From Gammaproteobacteria bacterium (GTDB lineage: Bacteria > Pseudomonadota > Gammaproteobacteria > Ga0077536), in the NCBI GenBank assembly GCA_963662545.2, contig CAXXLL010000003.1, positions 2,752,001 through 2,816,000 on the forward strand: 64,000 nt of DNA, in the 5' to 3' direction. The translations under genes and the position numbers were made by a program. Positions 10,888-22,292 of this stretch are shown piece by piece; within the stretch, counting starts at the first letter, position 1, and every line of letters starts with the position of its first letter. Below the pieces are notes generated by a model that had not been told where the DNA came from, made no database searches, and saw only the letters and a program-made list of their open reading frames with translations.

Positions 10888-11577
10888 GTGGCTAGATTAT
10901 CTGACGCTACCATTGAAGGTGGCCAAATCACCCGCAATCGACCACTGAGGTCTATTCGCCATACCGGATTTCTGGTGATCGATGTCCAGTACTTTGTTGC
11001 GGCACCCGGTCACGGCGAATATAAGGATGTCGATTCAGAAAATATTCCTGATGATCTGCAATATTTTTTCTCCAGAATCGACAATTACATCGTTCCCAAT
11101 ATCAAGAGAATTCAGGACGCGTGCCGTCACGCCAGTATCGAGGTGATGTTCACGCTGGTAGAAAATCTTACTCTGGACGGGCGAGACAGGAGTTTGGACT
11201 ATAAGATTTCCGGTTTTAACGTTCCAAAGGGTTCACGTGAAGCGCAGGTGCTCGATGAGATAAAACCCGCCCATGATGAGATTGTCATTCCAAAAACATC
11301 CTCCAGTGTATTTAACTCAACCAATATCGATTATGTGCTTAGAAATCTGGAAGTCGATTACCTGATTGTTGCCGGCATGCTAACCGATCAATGCGTTGAA
11401 TCTGCGGTTCGGGATGCTTGCGATCACGGTTACCTGGTGAGCGTGGTCGAGGATGCCTGTGGCACTTATACGGAGGCGCGGCATAAAAACGCACTGGATA
11501 TGTACAGTGGTTATTGCCGAATCACGTCTACTGATCAGATTGTTGCCGAGATCGAGGCCATCGGCGGCGACAGCTGA
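10888..11577 (+). CDS. Isochorismatase-family cysteine hydrolase
   Basis: VIDVQ / PKTSSSVF / TDQCV catalytic D-K-C; GTG start chosen at 10888. Confidence 0.88.
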   Translation: MARLSDATIEGGQITRNRPLRSIRHTGFLVIDVQYFVAAPGHGEYKDVDSENIPDDLQYFFSRIDNYIVPNIKRIQDACRHASIEVMFTLVENLTLDGRDRSLDYKISGFNVPKGSREAQVLDEIKPAHDEIVIPKTSSSVFNSTNIDYVLRNLEVDYLIVAGMLTDQCVESAVRDACDHGYLVSVVEDACGTYTEARHKNALDMYSGYCRITSTDQIVAEIEAIGGDS

Positions 11578-11598
11578 TTGCCATTTGTTATGACTCTG

Positions 11599-14500
11599 TC
11601 AGAAAACCTGCCGATATTTTAACGTCAGCGCTTCGAGTGATTGCTCAGAAGCTGCGGCAATTTCAGCTTCACGCAGCAGTACATACGAAGCGAGCATATC
11701 CGCGCTGATCCAACTTACCACTGCGGATGCCTGCATCGTTACGAGCGCTGTTTTCGCTGTATCCGGCAAACGGACAACCTCTAATTTACTCAATTCGCTT
11801 TCGGACATTTCACTCGGATCGGTATTCACTAGGGCGGGTTGCGCCAATTGTTCTTCAATGCCCTGCATACCAGCCCGAATCAACGAGCCTAGAGCTAGAT
11901 AGTGTGCATCCCTAAACGCGATGCGGTTGAAATAAAAAGGAAAATTTGTCGCTTAAGGGATCGAAACCTCCGGTGGGTCGTGATCTAATGGAACTTCAAA
12001 CCTCTGATTTTCCACACAATCATCGACACCACAGGAGGGGGAATGCGTCAGAAACGCACGGCCCAAGCGAGTATATACGAGCTGTTTGCTGACCATGACC
12101 TGGGGCGAGAGCTGCAGGGCATGTCCGAGTGGCTCGATGCTCACCCCAAGGTCCTCACGCCGGTCATGAACGATCTGTGTCGGCGGGGTTTGAAGCCCAC
12201 CGGTCGACGCGGACTGTCGGCGGAGTCGGTGCTGCGCTGCGCGGTGCTCAAGCAGCACCGGCAATTGAGTTACGAGGAGCTGGCCTTTCACCTGCAGGAC
12301 TCGGCGAGCTTTCAGGCCTTCGCCCGGTTGCCGGGTAATGAACGTCCGAAGAAGTCTGCCTTACAGCGGGTGGTCTCGGCGATCCAGGTATCGACGTGGG
12401 AGTCTATTCATCGCGCCCTGCTGGCGACGGCGAAAGAGACGCGCATTGAGCCGGCACAGCGTGTACGGATTGATAGCACGGTAACGGACAGTGCCATCCA
12501 CGCGCCGAGCGACAGTCATCTGCTGTGGGATGGCGTGCGTGTTGTGGTTCGTCTGCTCGCACAGGCGCGCGAGTTGCCTGGCGCGCCGGAGTTGTGCTTC
12601 GTGAACCACACTCGATTGGCGAAGAAGCGTGCGCGGGCGCTGTGGTATGCGCGTGGTGCGAAGCAACGCCAACGTCTGTATCGCGATTTGATTGGGGCGA
12701 CGCGTTCAACCTTGGAAGCGGTAGCGAGGGTACGTGAGCAGCTGCTGAGCCCGGGCGTCACCGGCGTTGAACTGCCGGACTGGCTAGCGCAGGTAGCGCA
12801 CTACGAAACACTTGTTCTGCAGGTGATTTCGCAAACTGAGCGGCGGGTGTTCGGCGGTGAGAAGGTCCCCGCGAGCGAGAAGTGCGTGAGCTTGTTCGAG
12901 CCGCATACCGACATCATCATAAAGGGTGCGCGCGACGTTCAGTACGGACACAAAATCAATCTGGCTTCGGGGCGCAGTGGCCTCATCCTCGACGTGGTCA
13001 TCGAGCGAGGCAATCCGGTCGATAGTCAGCGCTTCATGCCGATGCTCGAACGGCATCGAACACACTACGGGACGATGCCACGACAGGTCGCCGCCGATGG
13101 CGGCTATGCGAGCCTCGACAATCTCCGGGCGGCGAAAGCAGAAGGCATCGAAGACGTTGCCTTCCACAAGAAGCGCGGGCTCGCGATCGCCGACATGGTC
13201 AAGAGTCAGTGGGTCTATCGACGCTTGCGCAACTTCCGCGCCGGCATCGAGGCCGGTATCTCCTGCCTGAAGCGTGCATACGGATTGGCACGTTGCACCT
13301 GGAAGAGCCTGCCGCACTTCGAAGCCTACGTGTGGTCTTCTGTGGTCGCCTACAACCTCAGCCTGCTCGCGCGCTATCAACTCGAATAGCGACGTTCACT
13401 CGCACTAACTGACCTCCTCGATATCGTCGAACGGGCGACTTTGGGTTGCAGCGCTCTGCGGCCGGCGAACGTACTCACAATTACGCTCGAAGAGCCCTTC
13501 GACCCCCACCGAACCGCCGCTACCGCTCCAACAACCTACTTTCAACACCTCGATTTCTCCGTGCCCATCGAAGAAAATGCCTGTTTATGGACGGACACTT
13601 GCTAGGGGTTGGCGGTTGCATCGCATGCACGGTATTCAAGATGCAATTGTTCATCGGGCCTGCGACCTGATGTCTCCACGGTCGGGCAGATACGCAGTGC
13701 GGCTTCACGGTTTCTTTCACCAAGACAGGCATAGGGGCCGCTCCATGAATGTGGGATGAGGCGCTCGTAAGAAAGGACGCTGGGCGCAGTGAAAGTCAGA
13801 ATAGAGGGCAGGTATTTAACGATCCCCGCTGAGAACTGGCCTGCAATTTCACTCAAGCGTCCGGGTCGGTTGGCATCATAGGTTCGCGATTTCCCTGCCT
13901 CGTCGAGCAGGCTGAAATGAATATGCACGCCACTTCCCAAGGTATCCGGTGTCAGCTTCGGTGAAAATGAAGCTTTTCGCCCATGCTGGCGGGCGGTTTC
14001 ATGAACGAGCTCGCGCATGATTACCGATCTGTCCGCAGCAGCCAGTGCCAGCGCCGGCTTGCAGCTGAGTTCGTATTGAGCCACGCCGAATTCAGCTAAA
14101 AATGTTTCCGGCTCCTGACCGGCTTGCCGCATTGCCCGTATCAAATGGGTACCAAATGGCTCGACAGCGCGCAGGCGGGCTAGTGAAAACCCTGGGTCTG
14201 CGGCCGGTTGCATATCGGTAAAGGCAAACTCGTGTTCAAACGCTGCACGCACGGAACACCCCGTGCGTTCCCTCAGGTCTTCCACTGTGTTTTTCAAAAA
14301 AGTCCTTGCGCATACGTCCCAAGGTGAGCCATCCAGATGCGTGATGTCACATAGAAAAAAATGTAAAGGCGTATACCCAAGCGCTAGATCAACTCGGACT
14401 TCTGTTGCGGGGTCAGGGAGGAGACGACGGTCGCCGTGCGAACCCCAAAGATCGGATTCCGGTATCTGGTCAAACGGCGAAATAGTCTGGTTAATCGGTA

Positions 14501-14630
14501 CCCAACCCACGCCGGTCTGCATCTTCTCTTGCAGATCAGCCAGTGGTATCGCCCTGCCACGGGTGATACTGCCAAGGTCGTTACATACAAAAACGACCAG
14601 CTCGTCTTCATTTGTATTTTTGTCGTTCAT
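11599..14630 (-). pseudogene. Glutamine synthetase-like (gamma-glutamyl ligase) gene split by an IS
   Basis: N-part 13602-14630 (EHEF, GSGVHIHFS, NREAALR, LEYRACDATANP) continues as YLALGSLIRAG.. at 11599-11900. Confidence 0.88.
11901..13602 (+). mobile_element. Complete ISNCY/IS5-like IS (copy 1); transposase 12043-13389
   Basis: 448-aa DDE Tnp (RIDST, ADGGYAS, RAGIEAGISCLKR); imperfect IRs AGTGTGCATCCCTAAAC / AGTGTCCGTCCATAAAC; inserted at a TAG in the GS gene. Confidence 0.88.
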
Positions 14631-14704
14631 TGCGGAAATACTCACGCTAGTTTTTGTCTCTTTGCTTCAAACTGGTCCAAACGCTAATCATGCGAGTAAA
14701 TAGA

Positions 14705-14885
14705 CTGAAGTATATAAGACAAACAAAGCCTGCTTTTCGAGTCTACGAGTCTAAAGCGGATCGAGGATGCGTGGGTGGTGCCATCGCGGTAGGGGTTTTT
14801 CAGTTCGTATCGGACCAGGCCGTTTGAGGTCAGCGAGAGGCGTTGTTCGGCAATCGCGGGCCGGGTGATGTAGTGGGATTGGCCG
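14705..14885 (-). mobile_element. IS91-like transposase fragment
   Basis: Minus-strand YITRPAIAEQRLSLTSNGLVRYELKNPYRDGTTH is homologous to the 7402-8139 Tnp. Confidence 0.7.
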
Positions 14886-14909
14886 CTTGCACATACGATA
14901 ACGCACGCC

Positions 14910-16105
14910 TGTCGGTGGCGAATTAATCGTCACGCCGCCGCCGGTAGCTGATAAAGGCCCCCGCAGTAGCCTTGCCATCGGTAGTCGTCGAGGCGAATGA
15001 GCCGATGTTTCGTTGCGAACGTGAGCGCATACGGTGTGGTACCATCCAACGCTCGGTGAACGCGCATGCGATTGTAATATGCCTAAAAATTTCGAAGCTT
15101 CTGTTGCAGATCATGGGCGTTCCAGAACGGTACGAAATCGAGGAATTCCCGCCGGATGGTGCCGACCAATCTCTCAATGAACGGATGAAACAAGGGGACG
15201 TAGGGGACGGTCTTAATCTCGATTACTTCCAGAACCCGAAGGTTCGCCTTCCAGCGATGGAATTCGAACAATGGATCGTTGTCACTGCTGAGATAGCGAG
15301 GTAGGATTCCTGATCCGGCAGTCACCTCGTTGAACATCCGGCAGGCCGCGGGTCCATCGACCACCCCGGCATGAACGGCGAAGCCAATAATCCGCCGAGT
15401 GAACTGGTCCATCACCACCATCACCCAATGGGTCTTGAGGATCAGCGATTCGCACCGAAACAGGTCGACGCTCCAGAGGCTGTCCTTTGTATGTCCGAGG
15501 AACGTCAGCCAACTCGGGCCACCAGAACCCGGCCCAGGATAGTAGTGCTTGGCGAGTACACGGCGCACTATGTCCTTGTCGATCTCCACGCCGAAGACAA
15601 ACGAAATTTGCTCGGCGATACGTCGGCAGCCGAAGCGTGGATTATTTCGTTTCATCCCAACGATCGCGGCAATCAGCTCGGGAGGAGGTCCATTCGGACC
15701 CGGCTTTCCACGGTGTTTAGGCGTAAACAGCAATCGGTATTTTCGCTTCATGAGTGCTCGGTGAAAGCCGATGATGGTAGACGGTTTTAGCACGATGGCG
15801 GAGCGTACGAGCCGGGCCGGGCGCATGAAGCTCGCACAGAGTCCAGCTATGAATCGGTCCATGGGGCGCAGGGCCGGCGCTCGCCTGCGCGGGCGATTGA
15901 GAACCAGCAGTTGATGTTTGACCAGCAGCGATTCCGCGACCACCGAGCGGACGCCGCCCGGACCCAGTAATTTGGCGACCGTCACAATGAAATGGATGAA
16001 TAGGAAAACCCCGTCTCGCATCCCACTATCGTATCCAGCACGGCGATGCTGACAAGACTAGGAAATTGCACTCTTTCTGTTCAAAATTGGAATTCGCCAC
16101 GCACA
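14910..16105 (-). mobile_element. IS with integrase-core (rve) transposase 14930-16021, premature stop at 15083
   Basis: WSVDLFRCES, YLSSDNDPLF, PFIERLVGTIRRE; reading resumes after TAG (AYYNRMRVHRALDG); IRs TGTCGGTGGCGAATT / TGTGCGTGGCGAATT. Confidence 0.8.
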
Positions 16106-16599
16106 CGTTCAAGGAACTGTTTCCCTTGACGGAAATGCGCGCCTTCGGTCGCGGTACTGCGAATCGCGACGCCTTGTGCTCGGCCGGAGAAGCCATGGGG
16201 CTTAACGCGATCAAAGCCGCTTCGGCACGCGAGGCCCTGGAAGGCGCCGATCTCATCGTGACGACGGTAACGTTTTCACCCGACGTCGAGCCGTTTCTAG
16301 ATGCGCGCTGGCTGTCCCCCGGTACCTTCGCCAGTATTACCGAATTCGCCGCGCCGTGGGAAGATGACGGCATGGTGGCTTTCGATCGCATCGTCGTCGA
16401 CGACATGGAGCAGGAGCTCAAAAGCGAAATGCCCCTCGTAAACAAGGCATTGACCGACGGAGACGTATCCGGCCTCGTACTAGGCGAGGTGCCTGTCCGG
16501 AAGGATCCGGAGGAACGCACCGCATTTGTATTTCGCGGGCTGGCCTTGGGTGATCTGGCGATGGCCGTGCTCGCCTATGAACGCGCCACCTCGGATTGA
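16106..16599 (+). pseudogene. Ornithine cyclodeaminase/mu-crystallin family C-terminal fragment
   Basis: ADLIVTT, IVVDD, FRGLALGDLA; 5' part removed by the IS. Confidence 0.8.
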
Positions 16600-16605
16600 A
16601 CTAGC

Positions 16606-17463
16606 ATGATTACCATTCGCCAAGTACATCCCCATATCGGCGCTGAAATCGAGGGTGTCGATCTGTCAAAGTTGTTGGACGACGCGACCTTCGCGACGAT
16701 CCTCGACGCCTTTAATCAACACTCCGTGCTCGTTTTCCGCAACCAGCAACTGACCGATGCCGAGCAAGTGGCGTTCAGCGAACGGTTTGGCGAACTCGAG
16801 AAAACATCCTTTGCGATCGGTGCGGACAATCCGTTTGTCTATAAGCTATCGAACATCGATGACACCGGGAATGTACTCGTAGAAGGCTCTGAGAAGCGCA
16901 ACTTTTTGCTGGTGAATAGGCGCTGGCATACCGACAGCTCGTTCCGCCCGATCCCGGCGATGGCTTCGATCCTGTCGGGACGGGAGATCCCCGCATACGA
17001 TGCCGGCGACACGGGCTTCGCATCGATGCGGATCGGTTACGAAACGCTGCCGGAATCACGCCGCACGGCGATCACGGGTCTTGTCGCCTATCATCATTTC
17101 GCCTATTCAGTCGGTTTGTTCGGCAAGACCGGCGTCACCGAGGAAGAACTTGCGGTCTTACCGCCGGTGCCGCATCCGCTCGTCCGCACGCACCCCGGAA
17201 CGGGGAAACCCAATTTGTATGTCAGCGGCCATATCGAACGGATCGAGGGCTTGGCCGTAGAAGAAGGCCGCGGATTAGCCGAAGACTTGGTTGCCTGGTG
17301 TACGCGACCCGAGTACGTCTACCAACACGTGTGGCGGCAGCACGATCTGGTCATGTGGGATAACCGCTGCGCACTGCACCGCGTCACACATATCCCGACG
17401 CATGAGCGCCGCATCATGCATCGCACGACGGTCGCGGGCGAAGGGCCGGTCGAATTAGCTTAA
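16606..17463 (+). CDS. TauD/TfdA family Fe(II)/2-oxoglutarate dioxygenase
   Basis: WHTDSSF, HPLVRTHP, DLVMWDNRCALH..RIMHRTT. Confidence 0.92.
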   Translation: MITIRQVHPHIGAEIEGVDLSKLLDDATFATILDAFNQHSVLVFRNQQLTDAEQVAFSERFGELEKTSFAIGADNPFVYKLSNIDDTGNVLVEGSEKRNFLLVNRRWHTDSSFRPIPAMASILSGREIPAYDAGDTGFASMRIGYETLPESRRTAITGLVAYHHFAYSVGLFGKTGVTEEELAVLPPVPHPLVRTHPGTGKPNLYVSGHIERIEGLAVEEGRGLAEDLVAWCTRPEYVYQHVWRQHDLVMWDNRCALHRVTHIPTHERRIMHRTTVAGEGPVELA

Positions 17464-17466
17464 GTT

Positions 17467-18675
17467 CTAGGCAGCGAACACAGGAAACGTTTCAAAGTGC
17501 CCCTTGAGGACGGTGTCCGCCGCACTGGTCTTTAGCCAGCCGTCGATCGCGGTCGCGTAGACGCGCCTGAAATCAGTGGTATAGATCAAGTTATCACCCT
17601 CATCGAGCTCGACGAGACTCGAGGGCTCACCGTAGTGCCCACCACGCACGGGTTGGCCGGCGAGCAGCATGAGATTGGCCGCGCCATGATCCGTGCCCAG
17701 GTTGGAATTTTCGGGCGCGCGTCGCCCAAACTCCGAATACATCAGCACCGCCACGCGTTCGGCTTGCCCAATGCGCTCCATATCGCGGACAAAACCATGC
17801 ACCGCGTCACCCGCATAACTCAGCAGCCGCCGGTGCAGATCAGGTTGTTGCACATGGGTATCGAACGCATTGTTCGGGAACGCGATGTAATAAAGCTGCG
17901 CGGGTAGCTGGGCTGCGATGCAGGCCGCGACCTTGCGGAACTGTGACGGTAGGACGCCGTAATCGATGGGCGAGTCGTAGTTCGCCCAGGCTTGACGCAC
18001 TAGCTCAGACGCTTCACGCGCACCGCGCGCGACGAGGTTCAAATAGTCGAGTGAGGCATTATCGCTCGGCTCGGCATCGACGTAATCGAGGATCGCCTTC
18101 TCTTGTAGCAGGCCGTTGCGTTTAAAGCGTTCCGGGTCATTGAACACGACCGGCGTATGCACGCGGCTCTTCACTGCCAGGGATTGCGCCGTGTCGATAT
18201 TGATCAGAAAATTCGCCCGCGGTTCGTGCGCCATCGCGTCGGCGAGACGCCCGTACCAACCGTATTCATCGCCGCTGTTGGGCGACGCGGTATGCCAGTA
18301 AGCCATCGAAGTAAAGTGTGAAAAGGAGGGCTGCTCATAACCACAACCGTGCATGACCGCGAGCTGGCCATCCTTCCATAAGCGCTCGAAACCCAGCAGG
18401 CCGGGGTTGAGCCCCCAGTCGTCGTCGAGCTTCAACAACTGATCCGGTTTGATCCCGATCGTCGGCCGCAAGCGATAGTAGGCGTCGTTGGAATACGGCA
18501 CCACGGTATTCAAGCCATCGTTGCCGCCGGAGAGTTCGAATACGACCAGTATCCGATCGTTCGGCGCATCAGCCGCCGCCGTGCGTATCCACGCGGAACT
18601 TAAGCCTCCTAAGTTCAAACTCAAGCTACCCAGCCCCGCGGCCGTTCCTTTGAGCAGTGTTCGTCTATCAATCAT
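17467..18675 (-). CDS. DUF1501 protein with Tat signal
   Basis: DRRTLLK, LSGGNDGLNTVVP, FDTH, SEFGRR..GTDHG. Confidence 0.9.
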   Translation of the reverse strand: MIDRRTLLKGTAAGLGSLSLNLGGLSSAWIRTAAADAPNDRILVVFELSGGNDGLNTVVPYSNDAYYRLRPTIGIKPDQLLKLDDDWGLNPGLLGFERLWKDGQLAVMHGCGYEQPSFSHFTSMAYWHTASPNSGDEYGWYGRLADAMAHEPRANFLINIDTAQSLAVKSRVHTPVVFNDPERFKRNGLLQEKAILDYVDAEPSDNASLDYLNLVARGAREASELVRQAWANYDSPIDYGVLPSQFRKVAACIAAQLPAQLYYIAFPNNAFDTHVQQPDLHRRLLSYAGDAVHGFVRDMERIGQAERVAVLMYSEFGRRAPENSNLGTDHGAANLMLLAGQPVRGGHYGEPSSLVELDEGDNLIYTTDFRRVYATAIDGWLKTSAADTVLKGHFETFPVFAA

Positions 18676-18681
18676 GGTTTA

Positions 18682-20442
18682 TCACCCTAGTTGATATTCG
18701 GGTCGGCTCAGCATCAGGTGCAATAGCACACGCAGCGGTTCTTCTAAATAGGTGCGGGCGGACAACACATCCTTCGTACCGAGTTCCCGTTCGAAAGCAT
18801 CGGCCAGCATCTTTAGTATCTCGTCGTCCGGCGCTACGGAGAAAAAACGCTCGATGAAATAATCGACCACCGCGGCAGGTGCCGCCAATTCCAGACTCAT
18901 GACCGAACGCGTTAAATCGAGGCGCGCAAGATGGCGGGGAATGGGTTTGACCCGTTCGATCGCCATCTGCCAGCCGCGGTAGCTGCCGTAGCGGGTATTA
19001 AAATCCTCTTCCCGGTCGACCATATTCGACATGGCCATCATGCCGTCGGTGTTTACTGCGTCAACCGGTCGGGTCGCGCTAGCCATGTCTTCGCCATCGC
19101 GCAAACGTCGGTGGACCGCGAGTATCTCAGCGCCGCTCGGGTATTCGGGATAGCGATCATTGGGTACGAACGCGATGTCAGGAAAGACCACATCGAGAAC
19201 GAAGTTGCCGCGCTCGATCAAGAGGCTCGGTGTGATCCAGCTGCGCCCGTAGCTCCAACCCGCCACCGTCGGCGGATGCATCAGGCGCTGCCCCAGGCTC
19301 TCGGTAAGCAGGTTGAAGTCGGGTGCGCCAGGAACTTCGGCCAAGCCAAATTTGCGGTAGGTTGAAATGACGAGTTCTACGGGGCTCTTGATCCGCGTAC
19401 CTATTGATCGCGAGGCGTAGAAGTCCCGTGACAAAAACAGTGTTTCAAGAAACGGTGTGATCTCGTAATTGAGTGCCTTGAGGCGCGCGCCCAGCACCAC
19501 TTTGAATGCCGGTGTTAGCTCATCGCTGACGAAGAATCGATACAGTTTGGCCGCGATGAATTCGGTCGTGGCGGTTTGGTCGAGGATGATATCGATCACT
19601 TCGACGCCGTCGAACCGCCCCGTGCGACCTAGGAATACTTTTTCATCGTCGTCGTGCTTGGCCGCGTCGATCTTGAATTCGAGACCCGCGTAGTTCCATC
19701 CGGTGAACGCGCGCGCGCCTTCACGTATATCTTGCTCCGAATAGTTACCGACGCCCATGGTGAACAGTTCCATGATCTCGCGCGCGAAGTTTTCATTCGG
19801 CGAGCCTTTGACGTTCACGCCCGCGTCGAGAAAAGCGAGCATCGCCGGATCCTGCGCGACGCCAAGCAGCAAGGTGCGAAAATTGCCGAGACCTGCGCTT
19901 TGAAACAATTCCAATTGCTTCAACATCTTCCGATAGTCGCGGACTTTATCCTCGTTGGTCGCGAAGTGCCCGTGCCAGAACAGCGCGACCTTCTCCTGCA
20001 AGGGGTAAGGCGTGGCCAGCATGCGTTGGGCCCACCAATAGGCCACCCGATCGGTTTCGAGACGACTGGCACGCAGCCAGTAAAAAAACTCGTTGACGAT
20101 CGCTTGCATGGGGCGATTGCCCGAGGTCTTGACTTCGATCCCGAGCGATTTACCCTGCTCGGCCGCGAGCGCCGTGGTGGCGGGACGGCTTGGCGGGAAG
20201 GGATCGAGCCCGTCGTTGAAGATGCCTGAGTGGTCGAACGGCGGGAGTGGATTTTCCGCGGCGTTGAACCGTACCAGCGTTTGCACCGCTTGCTGCGGTG
20301 ACATGCCCGCAAGGTGATCGATCTCAGCGGGGGTGCCGCCGAAGGCAGCGCGTTCCAACAGATGCCGGGCTTTGTCCCGGTCCCATTCTTTGGGGGCAAG
20401 AGGTGATAAGTCCAAGCGGATTCCTCCAGCGTTGATTCGCAT
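18682..20442 (-). CDS. DUF1800 protein (possibly 5' truncated)
   Basis: LFWHGHFAT, PNENFAREIMELFTMG, PPTVAGW, PEYQL; adjacent to DUF1501. Confidence 0.88.
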   Translation of the reverse strand: MRINAGGIRLDLSPLAPKEWDRDKARHLLERAAFGGTPAEIDHLAGMSPQQAVQTLVRFNAAENPLPPFDHSGIFNDGLDPFPPSRPATTALAAEQGKSLGIEVKTSGNRPMQAIVNEFFYWLRASRLETDRVAYWWAQRMLATPYPLQEKVALFWHGHFATNEDKVRDYRKMLKQLELFQSAGLGNFRTLLLGVAQDPAMLAFLDAGVNVKGSPNENFAREIMELFTMGVGNYSEQDIREGARAFTGWNYAGLEFKIDAAKHDDDEKVFLGRTGRFDGVEVIDIILDQTATTEFIAAKLYRFFVSDELTPAFKVVLGARLKALNYEITPFLETLFLSRDFYASRSIGTRIKSPVELVISTYRKFGLAEVPGAPDFNLLTESLGQRLMHPPTVAGWSYGRSWITPSLLIERGNFVLDVVFPDIAFVPNDRYPEYPSGAEILAVHRRLRDGEDMASATRPVDAVNTDGMMAMSNMVDREEDFNTRYGSYRGWQMAIERVKPIPRHLARLDLTRSVMSLELAAPAAVVDYFIERFFSVAPDDEILKMLADAFERELGTKDVLSARTYLEEPLRVLLHLMLSRPEYQLG

Positions 20443-21206
20443 ATAGGAAATATAACCCCCTTACATGGTGGGTTTCCAGGCTATCGGGTTATTCATTGTG
20501 GCGGGACTGACGCTGTTCATGGCGTGATCAGGCGGTGGTTGCGGCGGAATTTGTGTGGAATTTAGGGCGAGATCGGGCGGACATGCGGGGTCAGGTTGAA
20601 CAAGAGCCTGCCGCATCGGGGCACGGCATCTGTGGGGGAACGGGGCAGTTCAGGTTGTGTTGAACAGGCTGGCCTGAGGGGGTGCCCGGGGTTCGGGTAA
20701 TGAATTGATCCGGGTGATGGGCTTGGTTCTGTCGAGGTGGTCGAGAATCTTGCGGATGACGAGGGGGTCTTCGATGCAGGCCATGACCTTCAGGGTGCCG
20801 TCACAGGCCTGGCAGGTGGTGATGTCGATGTGGCCTACAGGGATGTAGGTCAGGGGCATGAGCAGGACGCGGAAGCTTTGAAGACCCGCTTGAGGCGTTG
20901 CGCCCAGGTCGCCGCTCTTGCGCATCCCTGCGCCCGCGGCATTAGTGCATCCCTGCACGTCATGGCGGTATGGCGCTCGGCGGGGGTTCGGTCGTGTGTC
21001 TCGTCGGTGGCGCTCTTGCGGCCCTTGCCGCGCCTGGCCGGAGTGATCAGTGCCCGGTGTTTGCTGTTGGGGGCGAAGACACCGTGACAAATTTATCTGG
21101 AATAAATTTGGACGACCGAAGGTCGCCCGAAGGGTGAGGAACAGGGATGTTCCTCATCAAAGCGGGTGAGGTTGACTCGGGGTTTGGGGATCAGTGCGGC
21201 GAGGCG
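20439..21206 (-). mobile_element. Second copy of the IS91/ISCR oriIS end (near-identical to 6748-7515)
   Basis: ~768-bp direct repeat including the same three small insertions. Confidence 0.92.
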
Positions 21207-21595
21207 CTGTTTGTGATGGGTGAAGTACAGTACCGTGAGTGGAAAGTGTGGACGCACCAGAACCTACTTCAGCGGAAAGATGATCTGCTCGAGGCCGAGT
21301 GTGAACAGCGGGAAACGGAGGTCCGGATGGCCCGGGAGCGCGAGGAGAAAATTCGGCGCGACTGATTCGATAAACTCCTCGACGACGCGGCCGCTTATCG
21401 GCAGGCGGAAGATATTCGCCAGTACGTCGAGCGCGTTCTAAGCGCCGTCTCGTACCAGTGTGTTAACGCTGCTCAAGAAGCAGTTGCAACATGGGCAGTG
21501 TGGGCGCGTGCACAGGCCGACGTGCTAGACCCGGTTAAATCTGGGCGGTTTTTGCTTCACGAAGAAGATACCGCGGGATCCGATGGTCAGTGAAT
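21207..21595 (+). pseudogene. Fragment of a hypothetical mobile-element protein
   Basis: Interrupted frame ..LLDDAAAYRQAEDIRQYVERV..WAVWARAQADVLDPVKS. Confidence 0.35.
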
Positions 21596-22243
21596 GCGGT
21601 ATCGGTGCCCGGGAGAGTCCGAACCAAAGGGCGTGGGGAGGTACTTTGAGGCCGAAAGAATTGACGTGGCTAATCGGCTCGCGCTTCGGCGACACTGCCG
21701 CACGCGCCGCCGGAAGCATCGCGCGAAAGCATACCCCGCGCTTTGTCGAGGTAAATGCATAGAACATAAACTTTGATCTAAAAGCATGGAGAGGTGCCAG
21801 AGTGATCGAATGGAGCTGACTCGAAAACAGGCATGCCTGAAGATTGTTCTTGGGGGGAACACGCGGGATATCTCGTTATCCACTTAGTCAAAGATTTCGC
21901 GAACTAGATCTAGTAACGTGCCTCTTTCGATTACCCCTTCCGTATCTTTGTTCGACGAGTTACAAACCGTTGATGCTTGAGCACCAACAAAAATACATCT
22001 GCGATTGCACTCGACACACATACTCATGCTCGTTCTCAACGGAGCTTACGGTTTGCAGGTTTTCGAACGCAAACCTTCGCTTGTTATCCGCGCCTGTAGT
22101 CCGGAGTGATTTGGTGTCATTGTTACGATGACGTGCTACCCGAATCGGCACGAGCTATCGCCGAATACCTGCCACCAAACCTGCCATCTAAATCAGCAAG
22201 TCGTCAAAGGAATTTACTGCTTCGGTGTTAACTTGTTGAATAT

Positions 22244-22292
22244 ATGGTGGCCAGGGGCAGAATCGAACTGCCGACACAGGGATTTTCAGTCC
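22244..22292 (-). repeat. att site: duplicated 3' part of tRNA-Phe
   Basis: 49 bp identical to 58917-58965. Confidence 0.93.

Noticed and set aside
22244-22292. Second tRNA-Phe gene
   Set aside because: Only the 3' portion; the 5' acceptor strand and D arm are absent, so it is an att remnant
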